A DNA stretch of 64,000 nucleotides from Candidatus Entotheonellaceae bacterium (GCA_965238075.1 OZ250173.1:1408001-1472000), one strand, 5' to 3'. Shown: positions 1 to 9,995, counted from the first letter of the stretch. Notes: generated from the sequence alone by a model not told the origin. A program made the numbers and translations.

Positions 1-177
1 CACTTTCTTGTGCCCGGGGTTGTAGTCATTCTCTGCAGTATCAGCTTGGTGTTGTTCGTGCGCGAGACATTCCCTGCGGAGCGCGTCGCCGCCCACCTTG
101 ATCCTTTCCGGCGGGCTCTGGGCCGTGCGGCCATCTGGCTTGCAGGCATCGTGGCGGGTCCGCTGAGCGCAGCGGAA

Positions 178-209
178 TGTCGGATTACGTTTCGCTAATC
201 CGACCTACA
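178..209 (-). repeat. GTAG-family REP-like palindrome (class 1)
   Basis: Reverse complement TGTAGGTCGGATTAGCGAAACGTAATCCGACA; one mismatch to the copy at 30284-30315; lies just downstream of the 228-662 gene. Confidence 0.85.
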
Positions 210-227
210 GCTTGATGCGGAAATGCT

Positions 228-662
228 CTAGCGCGGACTTGCCTGCGAAGGACGAATGCGCGGCCAGGCGTGCAGCGCGAAGGCGACGGCGGCCACGCCC
301 TGCAGGACGCCGCCGCATACGAAGGTTACACCGGCGGCGGGCGCCCCCAAGGCAATCTCGACGGCCGGGTGCAGGGAGACCAGGAGGATGGCGGTGTTGA
401 GCACCCAGTAGCTCGACCACGCCAGCGCCGTGTTGCCGCGGCCCCGGCCCGCTCCCAGACGCGGCAGAATCCAGTAGCTCACCCCCAGCGCACACTGCGT
501 GACCCCACCCACCAGCACGAGATAGATGTGTGCCGGCAGCAGCACCCAAAAGAACGGGAAGCGCCCGGTGCCCTTCTGCACCAGAATCAACCCGCCCGCC
601 AGCATGCCCACCGCCAGACAGATGAAACCGCCGCGCAGGAAGAACCGACTCAGCCTCGGCAT
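228..662 (-). CDS. Small 4-TM membrane protein, heme-copper oxidase subunit I-like / NnrS-like repeat
   Basis: 144 aa, four hydrophobic helices, PAHIYLVLVGGVTQCALGVSYWILPR; paralogous to the adjacent gene. Confidence 0.7.
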   Translation of the reverse strand: MPRLSRFFLRGGFICLAVGMLAGGLILVQKGTGRFPFFWVLLPAHIYLVLVGGVTQCALGVSYWILPRLGAGRGRGNTALAWSSYWVLNTAILLVSLHPAVEIALGAPAAGVTFVCGGVLQGVAAVAFALHAWPRIRPSQASPR

Positions 663-665
663 GCT

Positions 666-1088
666 TCAACGCCCCCGCCCGCGAATGCGCGACCAGATCG
701 TGATCAGAAACGTCCACCCCGCCGCCGCCTGCAACACCGCCGAGCCCACCAGCAGCCATCCCAGACCGGGTTGCGGGCGGACGCCGTGCCAGGGCTCGAC
801 AATCACCCGCAGCAGCAAGCCGACGTTCAGGGCTGCGTAAGTGAGCCATGCCAGCGCCGGGTAGCGGTGCGGCTGGCCTTTGGCAAAGGGCGGGAACATC
901 CAGTGGGCGACGCCGAAAATGAGCTGCATGAGCCAGCCGACGAGCAGCATGTGCCAGTATACCGGCTGCAACACCAGCGGCACGCTGCGCTGCAGACCCA
1001 CCGCAATGAGCAGATAGCCGCCAAGGCAGGAACTGGCAACGAAGTACAGCATGGCAGTTTTGAGAAAATAACGGGTCAGCAGGGGCAT
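666..1088 (-). CDS. Small 4-TM membrane protein, heme-copper oxidase subunit I-like / NnrS-like repeat
   Basis: 140 aa, YWHMLLVGWLMQLIFGVAHWMFP and LNVGLLLRV motifs; 3-bp gap to its paralog. Confidence 0.72.
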   Translation of the reverse strand: MPLLTRYFLKTAMLYFVASSCLGGYLLIAVGLQRSVPLVLQPVYWHMLLVGWLMQLIFGVAHWMFPPFAKGQPHRYPALAWLTYAALNVGLLLRVIVEPWHGVRPQPGLGWLLVGSAVLQAAAGWTFLITIWSRIRGRGR

Positions 1089-1132
1089 GGGTGGTTCTCC
1101 CGCATGGCGGAGGATGGGGCGACGTCAAGCGG

Positions 1133-1162
1133 TTGACACCTTCTCCGGGGCGATGATACGCT
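1133..1162 (+). promoter_or_regulatory. Putative sigma70 promoter
   Basis: TTGACA-N18-TACGCT with extended -10 TG; AGGAG RBS before GTG at 1203. Confidence 0.45.
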
Positions 1163-1202
1163 CGCCGCCGTTTTCGGACCCGTATCAGGATAGGAGATAG
1201 AC

Positions 1203-2003
1203 GTGATTTCGACCCGAGACAAGGCCGCCAACCGGAAAAAGCCGTTGCGCGGCTGCGCGCGGCTGTTGTGCCTCGCGGTGCTGTTGCTGGCAGGGTGGGC
1301 GGGACCAAGCTTGCCGGCCCAGGGCTGGTCGCAGCCCGACGCGGCTGTCTTGACGGACGTGGCCGAGCAGCTTGCCCGCTATTTTCCCAAAGTGACTGGG
1401 GAAGTGGTCAAGGTAGAGGACGGCAACATCTACTTGAGCCTCGGCGCCCGCGATCACGTCCTGCCCGGATTGCAACTGACCCTGCTGCGGTCACGGGAAA
1501 CCGCGCCCGCAACCGATGCCGCGCAGGTGGTCAACCGGCTCGAAGAGGCTATCGGCTACGTCATCGTCGAGCAGGTTTTCGAGCGTTACGCGCTGGCGCA
1601 ACTGCTGGCGCTGCCCGGCGCCGAGGCGCAGCGCGGTGACAAGGTCCGCATCACCTCGGGGCCGGTGGTCTTGGGGGTTCTGCCGGTTGCCAACACGACA
1701 ACGCAACCCCTCCCGCGCGGGCGCTGGACGACGGCGCTGCAATCGGCCCTCGAGGCCAACGGGCGCTTCCGCGTGGTCACCGCCAACCGCATTCTCCTGT
1801 GGTCCCTTGAGCACGATGCCCCTCTGGAAAACGGCGTGTCGCCAGATCTCCTGCGTCAGATGGCGCAATCCCTGCGCTTCACCTACGCAGTGGTGGCGCT
1901 GGTCAAGGACGTTGGCGGCGAGCCGGTTCTCGATGTTGCCCTCCTGTCCCCCCAACTGCAGCGCCTCGTCGCTTCGGGTTCCGCCTTCCTGCCGTCGCCG
2001 TGA
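1203..2003 (+). CDS. Exported protein with FlgT C-terminal-like beta domain and a CsgG/TolB_N-like domain
   Basis: Signal peptide; GEVVKVEDGNIYLSLGARDHV...IGYVIVEQVFERYALA resembles FlgT_C; RBS AGGAG. Confidence 0.6.
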   Translation: MISTRDKAANRKKPLRGCARLLCLAVLLLAGWAGPSLPAQGWSQPDAAVLTDVAEQLARYFPKVTGEVVKVEDGNIYLSLGARDHVLPGLQLTLLRSRETAPATDAAQVVNRLEEAIGYVIVEQVFERYALAQLLALPGAEAQRGDKVRITSGPVVLGVLPVANTTTQPLPRGRWTTALQSALEANGRFRVVTANRILLWSLEHDAPLENGVSPDLLRQMAQSLRFTYAVVALVKDVGGEPVLDVALLSPQLQRLVASGSAFLPSP

Positions 2004-2016
2004 GCCGCTGTCCCGC

Positions 2017-2862
2017 TTAGTCTGACGGCACGAATCCATTGCCGTTCCACACGAACGACGCGGCGGTTAGCCGGCCATCCTGTCGGGCATGGATGACAAT
2101 TTGTGGCGCTCCTTGCGGCTGCGCGTCGATGCTGATTTTTTCAAATACGCCGCGTGAAACCACCGTCCCGGTCGCCGCCTCCGCGGTCAGCGGGTACGCC
2201 TTGCCAGCGACCACGACCACGACGACGTACCGGTTCTCCCCCTTCTCATAGACGAACAGCAGATCGTCCGGTTTTCCCGTGCCGCGCGCGTCTGCGTAGC
2301 GCAGCACCGAGGGTATGTCGTCCATTTGAAAGGCAGGCGGCGAGCCGTCCCCCGAACGTGGCGTTGCAACGGGCATCCCCAAATCGGCCGCTTTGGCCAT
2401 GTATTCGTGGCTTAGCGCCATGGGCTCAGTTGGGTCCTTGGCGGTCCGCGCCTGGCGCCAGTAAATCAATCCCTGCAGGAAAGCCGCCGCCGGGCTGTCC
2501 GGCTGCATCACCAGCGCCTGTTGCGCGCTTCTCTCGGCGCGCTGCAGCGGCGTCGCCTGCCACAGGAACGGAAAGACGCGCCGCGGCGTCTGCATCATCA
2601 GATAGCCCTGCGCCGCGCCCAGCAGCGCCCGCACCTGGGTGTCACGGCCAAACCACCGGTAGCCCGACTTGAACGCCTCGACAGCCTCGGATAGCAGGTC
2701 CTCTTTTTCCTCTCCGGCCGGTGCCAGGCGCGCCGCCGCCAGCAGGGCATGACCGCGCGCAATTTCCCGGACGGCCGTCGGAGAGCCGTCCGCTGCCACA
2801 ACCGCCGTATAGCCGAAAACGAGCAGGGCTGTTACAATGATTCGCGTCATGCGTTCCGCCAT
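2017..2862 (-). CDS. Exported hypothetical protein with TPR-like helices
   Basis: N-terminal signal-like segment; helical repeats (AQQALVMQPDSPAAAFLQGLIY). Confidence 0.6.
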   Translation of the reverse strand: MAERMTRIIVTALLVFGYTAVVAADGSPTAVREIARGHALLAAARLAPAGEEKEDLLSEAVEAFKSGYRWFGRDTQVRALLGAAQGYLMMQTPRRVFPFLWQATPLQRAERSAQQALVMQPDSPAAAFLQGLIYWRQARTAKDPTEPMALSHEYMAKAADLGMPVATPRSGDGSPPAFQMDDIPSVLRYADARGTGKPDDLLFVYEKGENRYVVVVVVAGKAYPLTAEAATGTVVSRGVFEKISIDAQPQGAPQIVIHARQDGRLTAASFVWNGNGFVPSD

Positions 2863-2928
2863 TCCCGACTCCCCACGGGCCATTCCCCGACTCCAAGCAT
2901 CTCAATCCCCGACAATAGAAAGCACGCC

Positions 2929-4107
2929 ATGTATATCGAAAGCTCAGAGCTATTGCGTCGCCTCTGTGCGCAAGCGCGAACCGAAGGACGATTGGCGATC
3001 GACCTCGAATTCATCCGCGAGAATACCTACGTCCCGCAACTGGCGCTGATCCAGATCGCCGTCCGCGACACCTGCGCCATCGTCGATCCGCTGACGGTGG
3101 ACGATTTGTCGCCCTTGATCGAGGTGCTGACGGACACCGACGTTCTCAAGGTGCTGCACGCCGCCGGCCAGGACGTCGAGGTACTGCATTGGCATACCGG
3201 CATGCTCACCCAGCCGATATTCGATACCCAGATCGCCGCCTCCATGGTTGGGCTCGGCGAGCAATTGTCATACGGCCGGCTGGTTGACGCCCTGCTTAGC
3301 GTGTCGCTGACAAAGGGCGAGAGCTATTCGGACTGGCTGCGCCGCCCGCTGTTGCCCTCGCAGACCAAGTACGCCCTGGACGACGTGCGCTACCTGCTGC
3401 CGATGCACGACCAGCTCAGCAAGCGCCTCAATGCCATGGGCCGGGCCGCATGGGCCGCCGACGAGTGCCGAAAATACACCGATCCCGCCCTGTACGAACG
3501 CGATCCGCGCACCCTCTACCGCCGCATTCGCAACGGCAAAAACCTGTCGCCCCAAGGGCTGGCCATTCTGCGCGAGCTGGCGGCATGGCGCGATGACGAA
3601 GCGCGGCAACGCAATCGCCCGCACGGGCGCGTTCTCAGCAACGAAATCCTGGTCGACCTGGCGCGCCGGGCGCCCCAGACGCGCGACGATTTGCAACGCC
3701 TGCGCGGCCTGCCGCAGCGCGAATTGGAGCGCTCGGCAGACGCCCTTCTGATGACGGTGCAACGCGGGTTCGAGGTGCCCGAGGCAGATCAGCCGCAGCC
3801 GGAAAACCGAGACCACCGCCTGACACCATCCGAGGAACTGACCGTGAAGTTCCTTGACGCCAGCCTCAAAGCCTTGTGCCAGCGTGAAAAGCTCCCCGCC
3901 TCGTTCATCGCCAACCGCAACGATCTCGAAACGCTGGTTCGGCGTTATCGCAAGGACCGACTCCCCACCGAGGGCAGCCCGGTGTTGGCAGGATGGCGTG
4001 GCGAGCTGGTGGGCCGGGAGTTGCTGGCCGTTCTCGAAGGGCGCCTCAGCCTCCACCTGCATCCCAAAACCGGCAAGGTCACCTTCACCGCCCGGCATTG
4101 CCGCTAG
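2929..4107 (+). CDS. rnd: Ribonuclease D (3'-5' exonuclease + HRDC)
   Basis: AIDLEF, KVLHAAGQD, FDTQIAA, SDWLRRPL, YALDDV, HRDC region (LRELAAWRDDEAR), GWRGELVG; start reassigned to ATG 2929. Confidence 0.95.
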   Translation: MYIESSELLRRLCAQARTEGRLAIDLEFIRENTYVPQLALIQIAVRDTCAIVDPLTVDDLSPLIEVLTDTDVLKVLHAAGQDVEVLHWHTGMLTQPIFDTQIAASMVGLGEQLSYGRLVDALLSVSLTKGESYSDWLRRPLLPSQTKYALDDVRYLLPMHDQLSKRLNAMGRAAWAADECRKYTDPALYERDPRTLYRRIRNGKNLSPQGLAILRELAAWRDDEARQRNRPHGRVLSNEILVDLARRAPQTRDDLQRLRGLPQRELERSADALLMTVQRGFEVPEADQPQPENRDHRLTPSEELTVKFLDASLKALCQREKLPASFIANRNDLETLVRRYRKDRLPTEGSPVLAGWRGELVGRELLAVLEGRLSLHLHPKTGKVTFTARHCR

Positions 4108-4152
4108 GGCGGGCGGGACAAGGCTTGCCAGCCAAGGACGATCAAACCTGCT

Positions 4153-4971
4153 TCAAATGTTTGACCGCGACTGGCAGCCGTCCACGTTGATGCAGGCGCC
4201 GGTCATCAGCGACCCCCGCTGCGAGGCGAGAAACACCACCATCGCCGCCACCTCTTCCGGGTGGCCAAAGCGCCCCAAGGGCATCTCGGTGCGCACGAAA
4301 TTGGCGATGAACTCCGGGTTGTCCTGCTGCCGCCGCTCCCACGAGCCGCCGGGAAACAGAATGGAGCCCGGCGCCACCACGTTGACCAGAATCCCGTCTT
4401 GAGCCAGTTGCTTGGCCAGCGATTTCGACCAGCTGTTCATGCCCGCCTTGACCACGTTGTAGGTCATGGGGCCGCCCGCTTCCCGCCCGTAAATGGACGA
4501 GATGTTGATGATGCGCCCGCCGCCGCGCTGACGCATGAGCGGAATCGCCTGCCGCGAGGCGCGAACGGCCGCGAACAGGTTCAGGTCCAGCGCCAGGTTC
4601 CAGTCGTCGTCGCTGGCGTCCCACGTCTGGCCGCCCCGCGAGCCGCCCACGTTGTTGATCAGAATGTCGATGCCGTCGAACGCCGCCGCGGCGCCGTCGA
4701 TGACGCGCTCGATGTCCGCCGGTTGCGTCATGTCTGCTTGCACGCCCAGCACCACTTGCTGCGCTCGTGCTGCCTTGTCTTCTACGCTCGCTGGCGCTCG
4801 CTGTGCGGCGTGCTGTGCGGCCTCCTGCTCGGTCTGCCGCAGCGCTTCCTCGCCGCGCGCCGAAAAGGCGACCTTGCAGCCCTCGCTTGCCAATTCCAGC
4901 ACGATGGCCCTGCCAATACCCTTGCTGCCGCCGGTAACGACAGCCACTTTGTCTCGTAAACCTAGCTCCAT
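4153..4971 (-). CDS. Short-chain dehydrogenase/reductase (FabG-like)
   Basis: TGGSKGIG, NNVG, YNVVK, VNVVAPG, VDG motifs. Confidence 0.93.
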   Translation of the reverse strand: MELGLRDKVAVVTGGSKGIGRAIVLELASEGCKVAFSARGEEALRQTEQEAAQHAAQRAPASVEDKAARAQQVVLGVQADMTQPADIERVIDGAAAAFDGIDILINNVGGSRGGQTWDASDDDWNLALDLNLFAAVRASRQAIPLMRQRGGGRIINISSIYGREAGGPMTYNVVKAGMNSWSKSLAKQLAQDGILVNVVAPGSILFPGGSWERRQQDNPEFIANFVRTEMPLGRFGHPEEVAAMVVFLASQRGSLMTGACINVDGCQSRSNI

Positions 4972-5003
4972 GAACAAAACCCTTTCTTCAGGATGACGTG
5001 GAA

Positions 5004-5035
5004 GGTCGGATTACGCTACGCTGATCCGACCTACA
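5004..5035 (-). repeat. GTAG-family REP-like palindrome (class 1)
   Basis: Reverse complement TGTAGGTCGGATCAGCGTAGCGTAATCCGACC, intergenic. Confidence 0.8.
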
Positions 5036-5045
5036 TGTGGAAACG

Positions 5046-6410
5046 TCAGGCACCGACGAGCACGACGTACATGTCCATGACGTTGGTGCCGGTCGGCCCG
5101 GTGAGCAACAGATCGTCGAGTGCCTGGAAGAAATGATAAGCGTCGTTGCGGTGCAGAAATGCCTCGGTCTGCAAACCGAGCGCTTCGGCGCGCGCCACGG
5201 TGCGGCCATCGACCAGGGCGCCGGCGGCGTCGGTGGGGCCGTCGGTGCCGTCGGTGCCGCCGCTGAGTACGACGGTGTTGTCCAGCCCGGCGACGTGCAG
5301 CGCGGCGGCGAGGGCGAATTCCTGACTGCGCCCGCCCTTGCCGTTGCCGCGCACGGTGACCGTCGTTTCGCCGCCGGAAATGACACAGGCGGGCGGGCGA
5401 ATGGGCTGTCCGCTTTGGCAAATTTCCTGGGCAATGGCGGCGTGCATGCGGGCGACGTGGCGCGCCTCGCCTTCAAGGGTGGATGACAGCAGCAGGGTCG
5501 TGTAGCCCCGCGCCTCGGCGGCCTCTTGAGCGGCGCGCAGGGCGAGGCGGTTATTCGCCACGACCACCGTCTGGCCCAGTTCAAAGACAGAATCGCCGGC
5601 CTTGGGCGTTTCGGGCGCGTCTCCCGCCAAGCCCCGCTGCAAATGGGCGCGAATGCTGCCCGGCAAGCGGTCGAGCAGGTCGTAGCGCGTCAGGATGTCC
5701 AAGCAGTCCCGGAACGTCGTCGGGTCGGGCACCGTCGGTCCGGAAGCGATGGCGTCGAGCCGGTCGCCCACGACGTCGGACAGCACCAGGGTGATCAGCC
5801 GTGCCGGGGCCGCCAGGCGCGCCAGTTGGCCGCCCTTGATGCCGGACAGATGCTTGCGGATCACGTTGATTTCGTCGATGCGCGCGCCGCAGTCGATGAG
5901 CAGGCCGGTCATCCGCTGTTTTTCGGCCAACGAAATGCCGCCGCTCGGCGCCGGCCACAATGCCGAGCCGCCGCCCGACAGCAGGCAGAACACGAGGTCG
6001 TCGGCGCCTGCCTGCCGCACCAGTTCCATAGCGGCGTTGGCGCCCTGCACCCCGGCGGCGTCCGGGATCGGGTGGGCCGCCTCATAGAGCCTCACCCGCT
6101 CCACGGGCGCGGTGTGTTCGTACTTCACCGTCACCGACCCGGCGCTGATGCGCTCGCCCAGAATTGCCTCCAGACCCTGCGCCATGACGGCGCTCCCCTT
6201 GCCGGTGCCGACGACGTAAATATGCGCAAAACGCCGCAGGTCATAGGCCACGCCGTCCACTTCCAACGTATCGCCACGACGCACCACGGCGCGCTGCACC
6301 GCCACCATAGGGTCCACGGCGGCCACGCCGGCAGCAAAAATGGCCCGGCTGTCGTCGCGTAACCGGGCCGGGGAGGATGGTGAGGACTGGGTGGGCGGAT
6401 CAAGTGACAT
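5046..6410 (-). CDS. Glycerate 2-kinase (GckA/TtuD, MOFRL family)
   Basis: AAHPIPD, LSGGGSAL, RKHLSGIKGGQLA, SDVVGD, IASGPT, GGETTV, GTDGTDG, GPTGTNVMD. Confidence 0.95.
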   Translation of the reverse strand: MSLDPPTQSSPSSPARLRDDSRAIFAAGVAAVDPMVAVQRAVVRRGDTLEVDGVAYDLRRFAHIYVVGTGKGSAVMAQGLEAILGERISAGSVTVKYEHTAPVERVRLYEAAHPIPDAAGVQGANAAMELVRQAGADDLVFCLLSGGGSALWPAPSGGISLAEKQRMTGLLIDCGARIDEINVIRKHLSGIKGGQLARLAAPARLITLVLSDVVGDRLDAIASGPTVPDPTTFRDCLDILTRYDLLDRLPGSIRAHLQRGLAGDAPETPKAGDSVFELGQTVVVANNRLALRAAQEAAEARGYTTLLLSSTLEGEARHVARMHAAIAQEICQSGQPIRPPACVISGGETTVTVRGNGKGGRSQEFALAAALHVAGLDNTVVLSGGTDGTDGPTDAAGALVDGRTVARAEALGLQTEAFLHRNDAYHFFQALDDLLLTGPTGTNVMDMYVVLVGA

Positions 6411-8655
6411 GCGGTTCTCCGCCTTGCGGACCAAAAAAGATGGTTTCCATGGCATCGAGGCACTGCCGGCGCCGTAATGCTTCCGCGCTCGTCATCCCCT
6501 CTACCTGCTGCCGCCCGGCGTGCAGGTAGGTCGACACGGCGTCGCCCACCAAGCCGCGGGCATCTTTGCCGTATGACGCGAGTTGGTCATCCACCCAACG
6601 CGATACCGCCTCCGGCGTGCCTTGGCCCTGCGCATAGGCGAGTGCCCGTTCTTCGAAACCCGGCACCAAGCGCTCAACGAAATCGAGCCGCTTGTCGAGC
6701 GGCACCAAGGCGGAGATGCGCAGCGCATACTCCGGCAGATCGACGCCGATGGTCGCCAGCATCTGGCGGGTGAAGTCATCGGCCAGACGTTGCGCCAGGG
6801 CGTCGGTTGCTGTCTTGCTGCGCGCCAAGGCGCCGTCTCCGGCCTCGATGCCCAGGGGCGGCGCCGGGACTTCCAGGTACAGTTTGTTTTTGGGCTCGGT
6901 GCCGGAGGGTCGGATGATGACGCGCGCGCCGTTGGCCAATTGATACGCCAACACGTTGCGGGCCGCGCGGTCGGTGTCGGAGAGCAGCGGGCCGTGCGCG
7001 CCGCTCTCGTCCCAGTGGTCGACCGCCCGTGTCACCTCCCAGCCGGCGATCTCCTTGGGCGGGCTGTGGCGCAGGGTGTCCTGGATGTGTTGAATACGGC
7101 CGGCGCCCTCGGCTCCGCTCATCACCATCGAGGCGCCGAGGTTGGCGAAGTAGCCGTAGCGCTTGTAGATGTCGTCCAGGTAATCGAGCAGTACCCGCCC
7201 CTGTTGGCGTTGCCAGGCCGCCAGCTCAGCCAGCAGCAGGGCGGCGCCGGCAGCGTCTTTGTCGCGCATTTCCGGGGTCACCAGGATGCCGTGGCTCTCC
7301 TCGACGGCGACGATGAAGTCGTCCAGCGAGGCGGCCACGGCGCCGTATCGTTGCCGTTGCTCGATTTGGTGCAGCACGTTGGCGTGGTACTTGAGGCCGA
7401 CCAGCAGATCGCCGATCAGCGTGCCGCCGAAGTGGGCGGTGATGGGCCGCAGGAGTTCGGTGGTCACCTCGGTCTTGATCACCAGCGGCCGTGCCGGCAG
7501 GCGTCCGAGGTGCTGCAACTGTTCCAGCTTGTAGTGGGTGACCAGGACGGCGATTTCGTTGCCGGTGAGGAAGCGGTAGGCGCTGTCCGGAGTGCGCGAG
7601 CAGGCGCCGATACGATCCGCATCGGGATCGCAGGCCAGCACCGCGTCGGCGTTCAATTTTTCGGCTAACGCCATGCCCATCGCCATGGCCTGCGGCACCT
7701 CCGGGTTCGGGGCGCGGAACGGCACCGCCGGAAAAGCGCCGTCCGGCGTCGCCTGCTCGTCTACCATGACAACCTCAAACCCCGCCCGCCGCAACACCTC
7801 GCCGACCGTGTTGTCGGCCGTGCCGTGGAGCGGCGTGAACACGATCTTGGCGCGCCGCGCCGCCGGTTGCAGCGATTGCGCAACGTTCAGCGCCACGTAC
7901 GCCTCGTGCACCCGCGGCGGCACCGGCGACAGCAACCCGCTGGCCTTGGCGGCGGCGAAATCAAGCGTCTTGACCCGCGTGATGCCCGCCACCTTGTTGG
8001 CCATCGCCTCGTCGTCCGGCGGCACGTCCTGCGCTCCTTGGGCGTTGTAGAACTTGCCGCCGTTGTCGTCGGGATGGTTGTGCGAGGCGGAGATATTGAG
8101 CCCGGCGCTGGCGCCGAGGACGCGGACGGTATAAGACAACTCGGGCGTGGAGATATACGTCTCGGCATCTTCCGGCAGCATGTGCACGGCGATCCCGTGC
8201 GCCGCGTACACGCCCGCCGCCGTGCGCGCAAAATCCCGCGACGTCATGCCGAGCAGCGGATTGGGGAGGTCCGGGTTATACAGCCCGCGCAAGTCCTGAA
8301 ACACTCGCACGTCGTAGGCGATGATCACCGAGAGCGGCGCCCCGGGATGGCGTTCCTGAAGGTAGGCGACGTGCCCCTGCACGGAGGACGCCAGGGTCCA
8401 TGGATTGAAGCGATTCGGACCGATGCCGACCGGCCCGCGGCGCCCCCCGGTGCCAAAGGGCAGGACGCGATAAAAGCCATCCAGCAAGAGCGACCAACAT
8501 TCCGTTTCGATCAGCCAGTGTAGTTGCGCACGATACGGCGTCAAGGCGTCCTCGGTGAGCCAAGAGGCCAGGGCACGCAGGGCGTTCTGCTTAAGCGACT
8601 CGGCCACCTGCAGGCCCGCAAAACCCCGTTCCGCTCGGCGCTGGAAGTCGTCCAT
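6400..8655 (-). CDS. Phospho-sugar mutase (PGM/PMM family) with C-terminal extension
   Basis: FGTGGRRG, catalytic SASHN, metal loop DPDADR, EESHG, RPSGTEPK. Confidence 0.93.
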   Translation of the reverse strand: MDDFQRRAERGFAGLQVAESLKQNALRALASWLTEDALTPYRAQLHWLIETECWSLLLDGFYRVLPFGTGGRRGPVGIGPNRFNPWTLASSVQGHVAYLQERHPGAPLSVIIAYDVRVFQDLRGLYNPDLPNPLLGMTSRDFARTAAGVYAAHGIAVHMLPEDAETYISTPELSYTVRVLGASAGLNISASHNHPDDNGGKFYNAQGAQDVPPDDEAMANKVAGITRVKTLDFAAAKASGLLSPVPPRVHEAYVALNVAQSLQPAARRAKIVFTPLHGTADNTVGEVLRRAGFEVVMVDEQATPDGAFPAVPFRAPNPEVPQAMAMGMALAEKLNADAVLACDPDADRIGACSRTPDSAYRFLTGNEIAVLVTHYKLEQLQHLGRLPARPLVIKTEVTTELLRPITAHFGGTLIGDLLVGLKYHANVLHQIEQRQRYGAVAASLDDFIVAVEESHGILVTPEMRDKDAAGAALLLAELAAWQRQQGRVLLDYLDDIYKRYGYFANLGASMVMSGAEGAGRIQHIQDTLRHSPPKEIAGWEVTRAVDHWDESGAHGPLLSDTDRAARNVLAYQLANGARVIIRPSGTEPKNKLYLEVPAPPLGIEAGDGALARSKTATDALAQRLADDFTRQMLATIGVDLPEYALRISALVPLDKRLDFVERLVPGFEERALAYAQGQGTPEAVSRWVDDQLASYGKDARGLVGDAVSTYLHAGRQQVEGMTSAEALRRRQCLDAMETIFFGPQGGEPHVT

Positions 8656-8717
8656 GTTGCTCGTCTCCACGTTGAACTTACATCCAGAGGGAAGAAAAAT
8701 GTCGAATCAGCCAAAGG

Positions 8718-8936
8718 TTACCCGACAATCCGGCTACGAGTCTCGGTGACAGGACTGGTGGATACGTCAAAGACCCCAAGCGCCCCGGCCATGCTTTTTT
8801 CCTTGGAGACCTTTGTGCGGCAGGCGGAGGCATCCACTCTCGTTATGACGTGCTGAATTTCTTCCCACAGCTTCTTGCGATGAACGAGCAGGTATTCCTC
8901 GCCGTTGAGATGGGAATAGCGGGCCTTGATCTGCAT
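8718..8936 (-). pseudogene. Truncated BglII/BstYI-family type II restriction endonuclease (N-terminal ~50 aa only)
   Basis: YSHLNGEEYLLVH...LWEEI...VDASACRTKVSKEK matches the N-terminus of this family; then diverges and stops; TGATG-coupled to the MTase. Confidence 0.75.
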
Positions 8937-9871
8937 CAGTGACCCCCATTGGGCTTGCTGGGATCGTAGATGGGCTTGCCCATCGGGCGCGTGCGGAGCC
9001 GGCCGGCGCGCAGTTGGTCGACGCGCTGTCGGGCGATGTCCACGTATTCCGGCACGATGTCGCAGCCGTATGCCTGCCGGTCGTGCATGAGCGCGGCGAT
9101 GACGGACGACCCGACGCCCATGTAGGGATCCAGCACCGCATCGTTCTCATGCGTCATGCAGAGCACCAGGCGCTCGACCGACTCAACGGGGAATTGGCAG
9201 GGATGCACGGTTTTTTCGGGATGATTGCTTTTGACGTTCGGGAATTCCCACACGTCGCCCGGGTTCTTGCCCTTCGGATTTCCCGACAGCTTGCCGATGT
9301 TCGGCCCCTTGAAGTGACGCTTGCCGGGATATTTGGACGGCACCCGAATGGGGTCCAGATTCCACGTGTAGCGGTCGCTTTTTGTCCACCAGTTGATCGT
9401 CTCGTAACGGCCCGACAGTCGCCGTGTGCAGTGCAGGCCGTGCCCAAAGTGCCACACGATGCGGTTGCGCAGCTTGAGACCCTGGGCGCGAAAAAGCGGG
9501 TACAGCACGGCATCAAGAGGCACGATCTCGCCGTCATCGACGTAGTTGCCGACCTGCCAGCAGATCGACCCCTGAGGATGCAATACCCGAACGCTTTCTT
9601 GGATGACGCGGGCCTGTTTGTCCAGATAGTCGGCGAGCGATAGTCTGTCCTCGTAACCCTTGCCGATGTTGTACGGGGACGAGGTGATAACCAGCTTGAC
9701 GTGCCCGTCGGCAAGGCGTTCCATGAAGGGCAGATTGTCCTCGCACGCCAGGATGGGCTCGTTGCGGACGCCGCCGTTGGGCGCGGCTGTTTGAGGCAAG
9801 GTTGGCGGCGTTTCGGGCAGCGGCGCCGGGAAGGACAGATTCCCTTGGGCATTCTCTGTTCTGTCAGGCAT
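8936..9871 (-). CDS. Site-specific DNA methyltransferase (N4/N6, beta class); motif IV reads TSSPY
   Basis: LVITSSPYN, LRNRIVWHF, GKNPGDVW, HPCQFP, VLDPYMGVGSS. Confidence 0.88.
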   Translation of the reverse strand: MPDRTENAQGNLSFPAPLPETPPTLPQTAAPNGGVRNEPILACEDNLPFMERLADGHVKLVITSSPYNIGKGYEDRLSLADYLDKQARVIQESVRVLHPQGSICWQVGNYVDDGEIVPLDAVLYPLFRAQGLKLRNRIVWHFGHGLHCTRRLSGRYETINWWTKSDRYTWNLDPIRVPSKYPGKRHFKGPNIGKLSGNPKGKNPGDVWEFPNVKSNHPEKTVHPCQFPVESVERLVLCMTHENDAVLDPYMGVGSSVIAALMHDRQAYGCDIVPEYVDIARQRVDQLRAGRLRTRPMGKPIYDPSKPNGGH

Positions 9872-9995
9872 GTGGAATGCGTTCCTCAACCGAGCGGAGA
9901 CAGGCCGCGTACCTGAGCGGCATGGAAGCACCGCAGGTACGGCATACCGTGCCATTGTTACCGTTGTGCCGTCAAACGCCGGAGGTCGCCCCCTT

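Noticed and set aside
10-198. 62-aa ORF at the window start
   Set aside because: No motif and runs into a REP; cannot be supported without upstream context
2859-2916. Short ATTCCC(C)GACTCC-like repeats between divergent genes
   Set aside because: Only 2-3 imperfect copies overlapping the RBS/promoter region; not separable from low-complexity sequence
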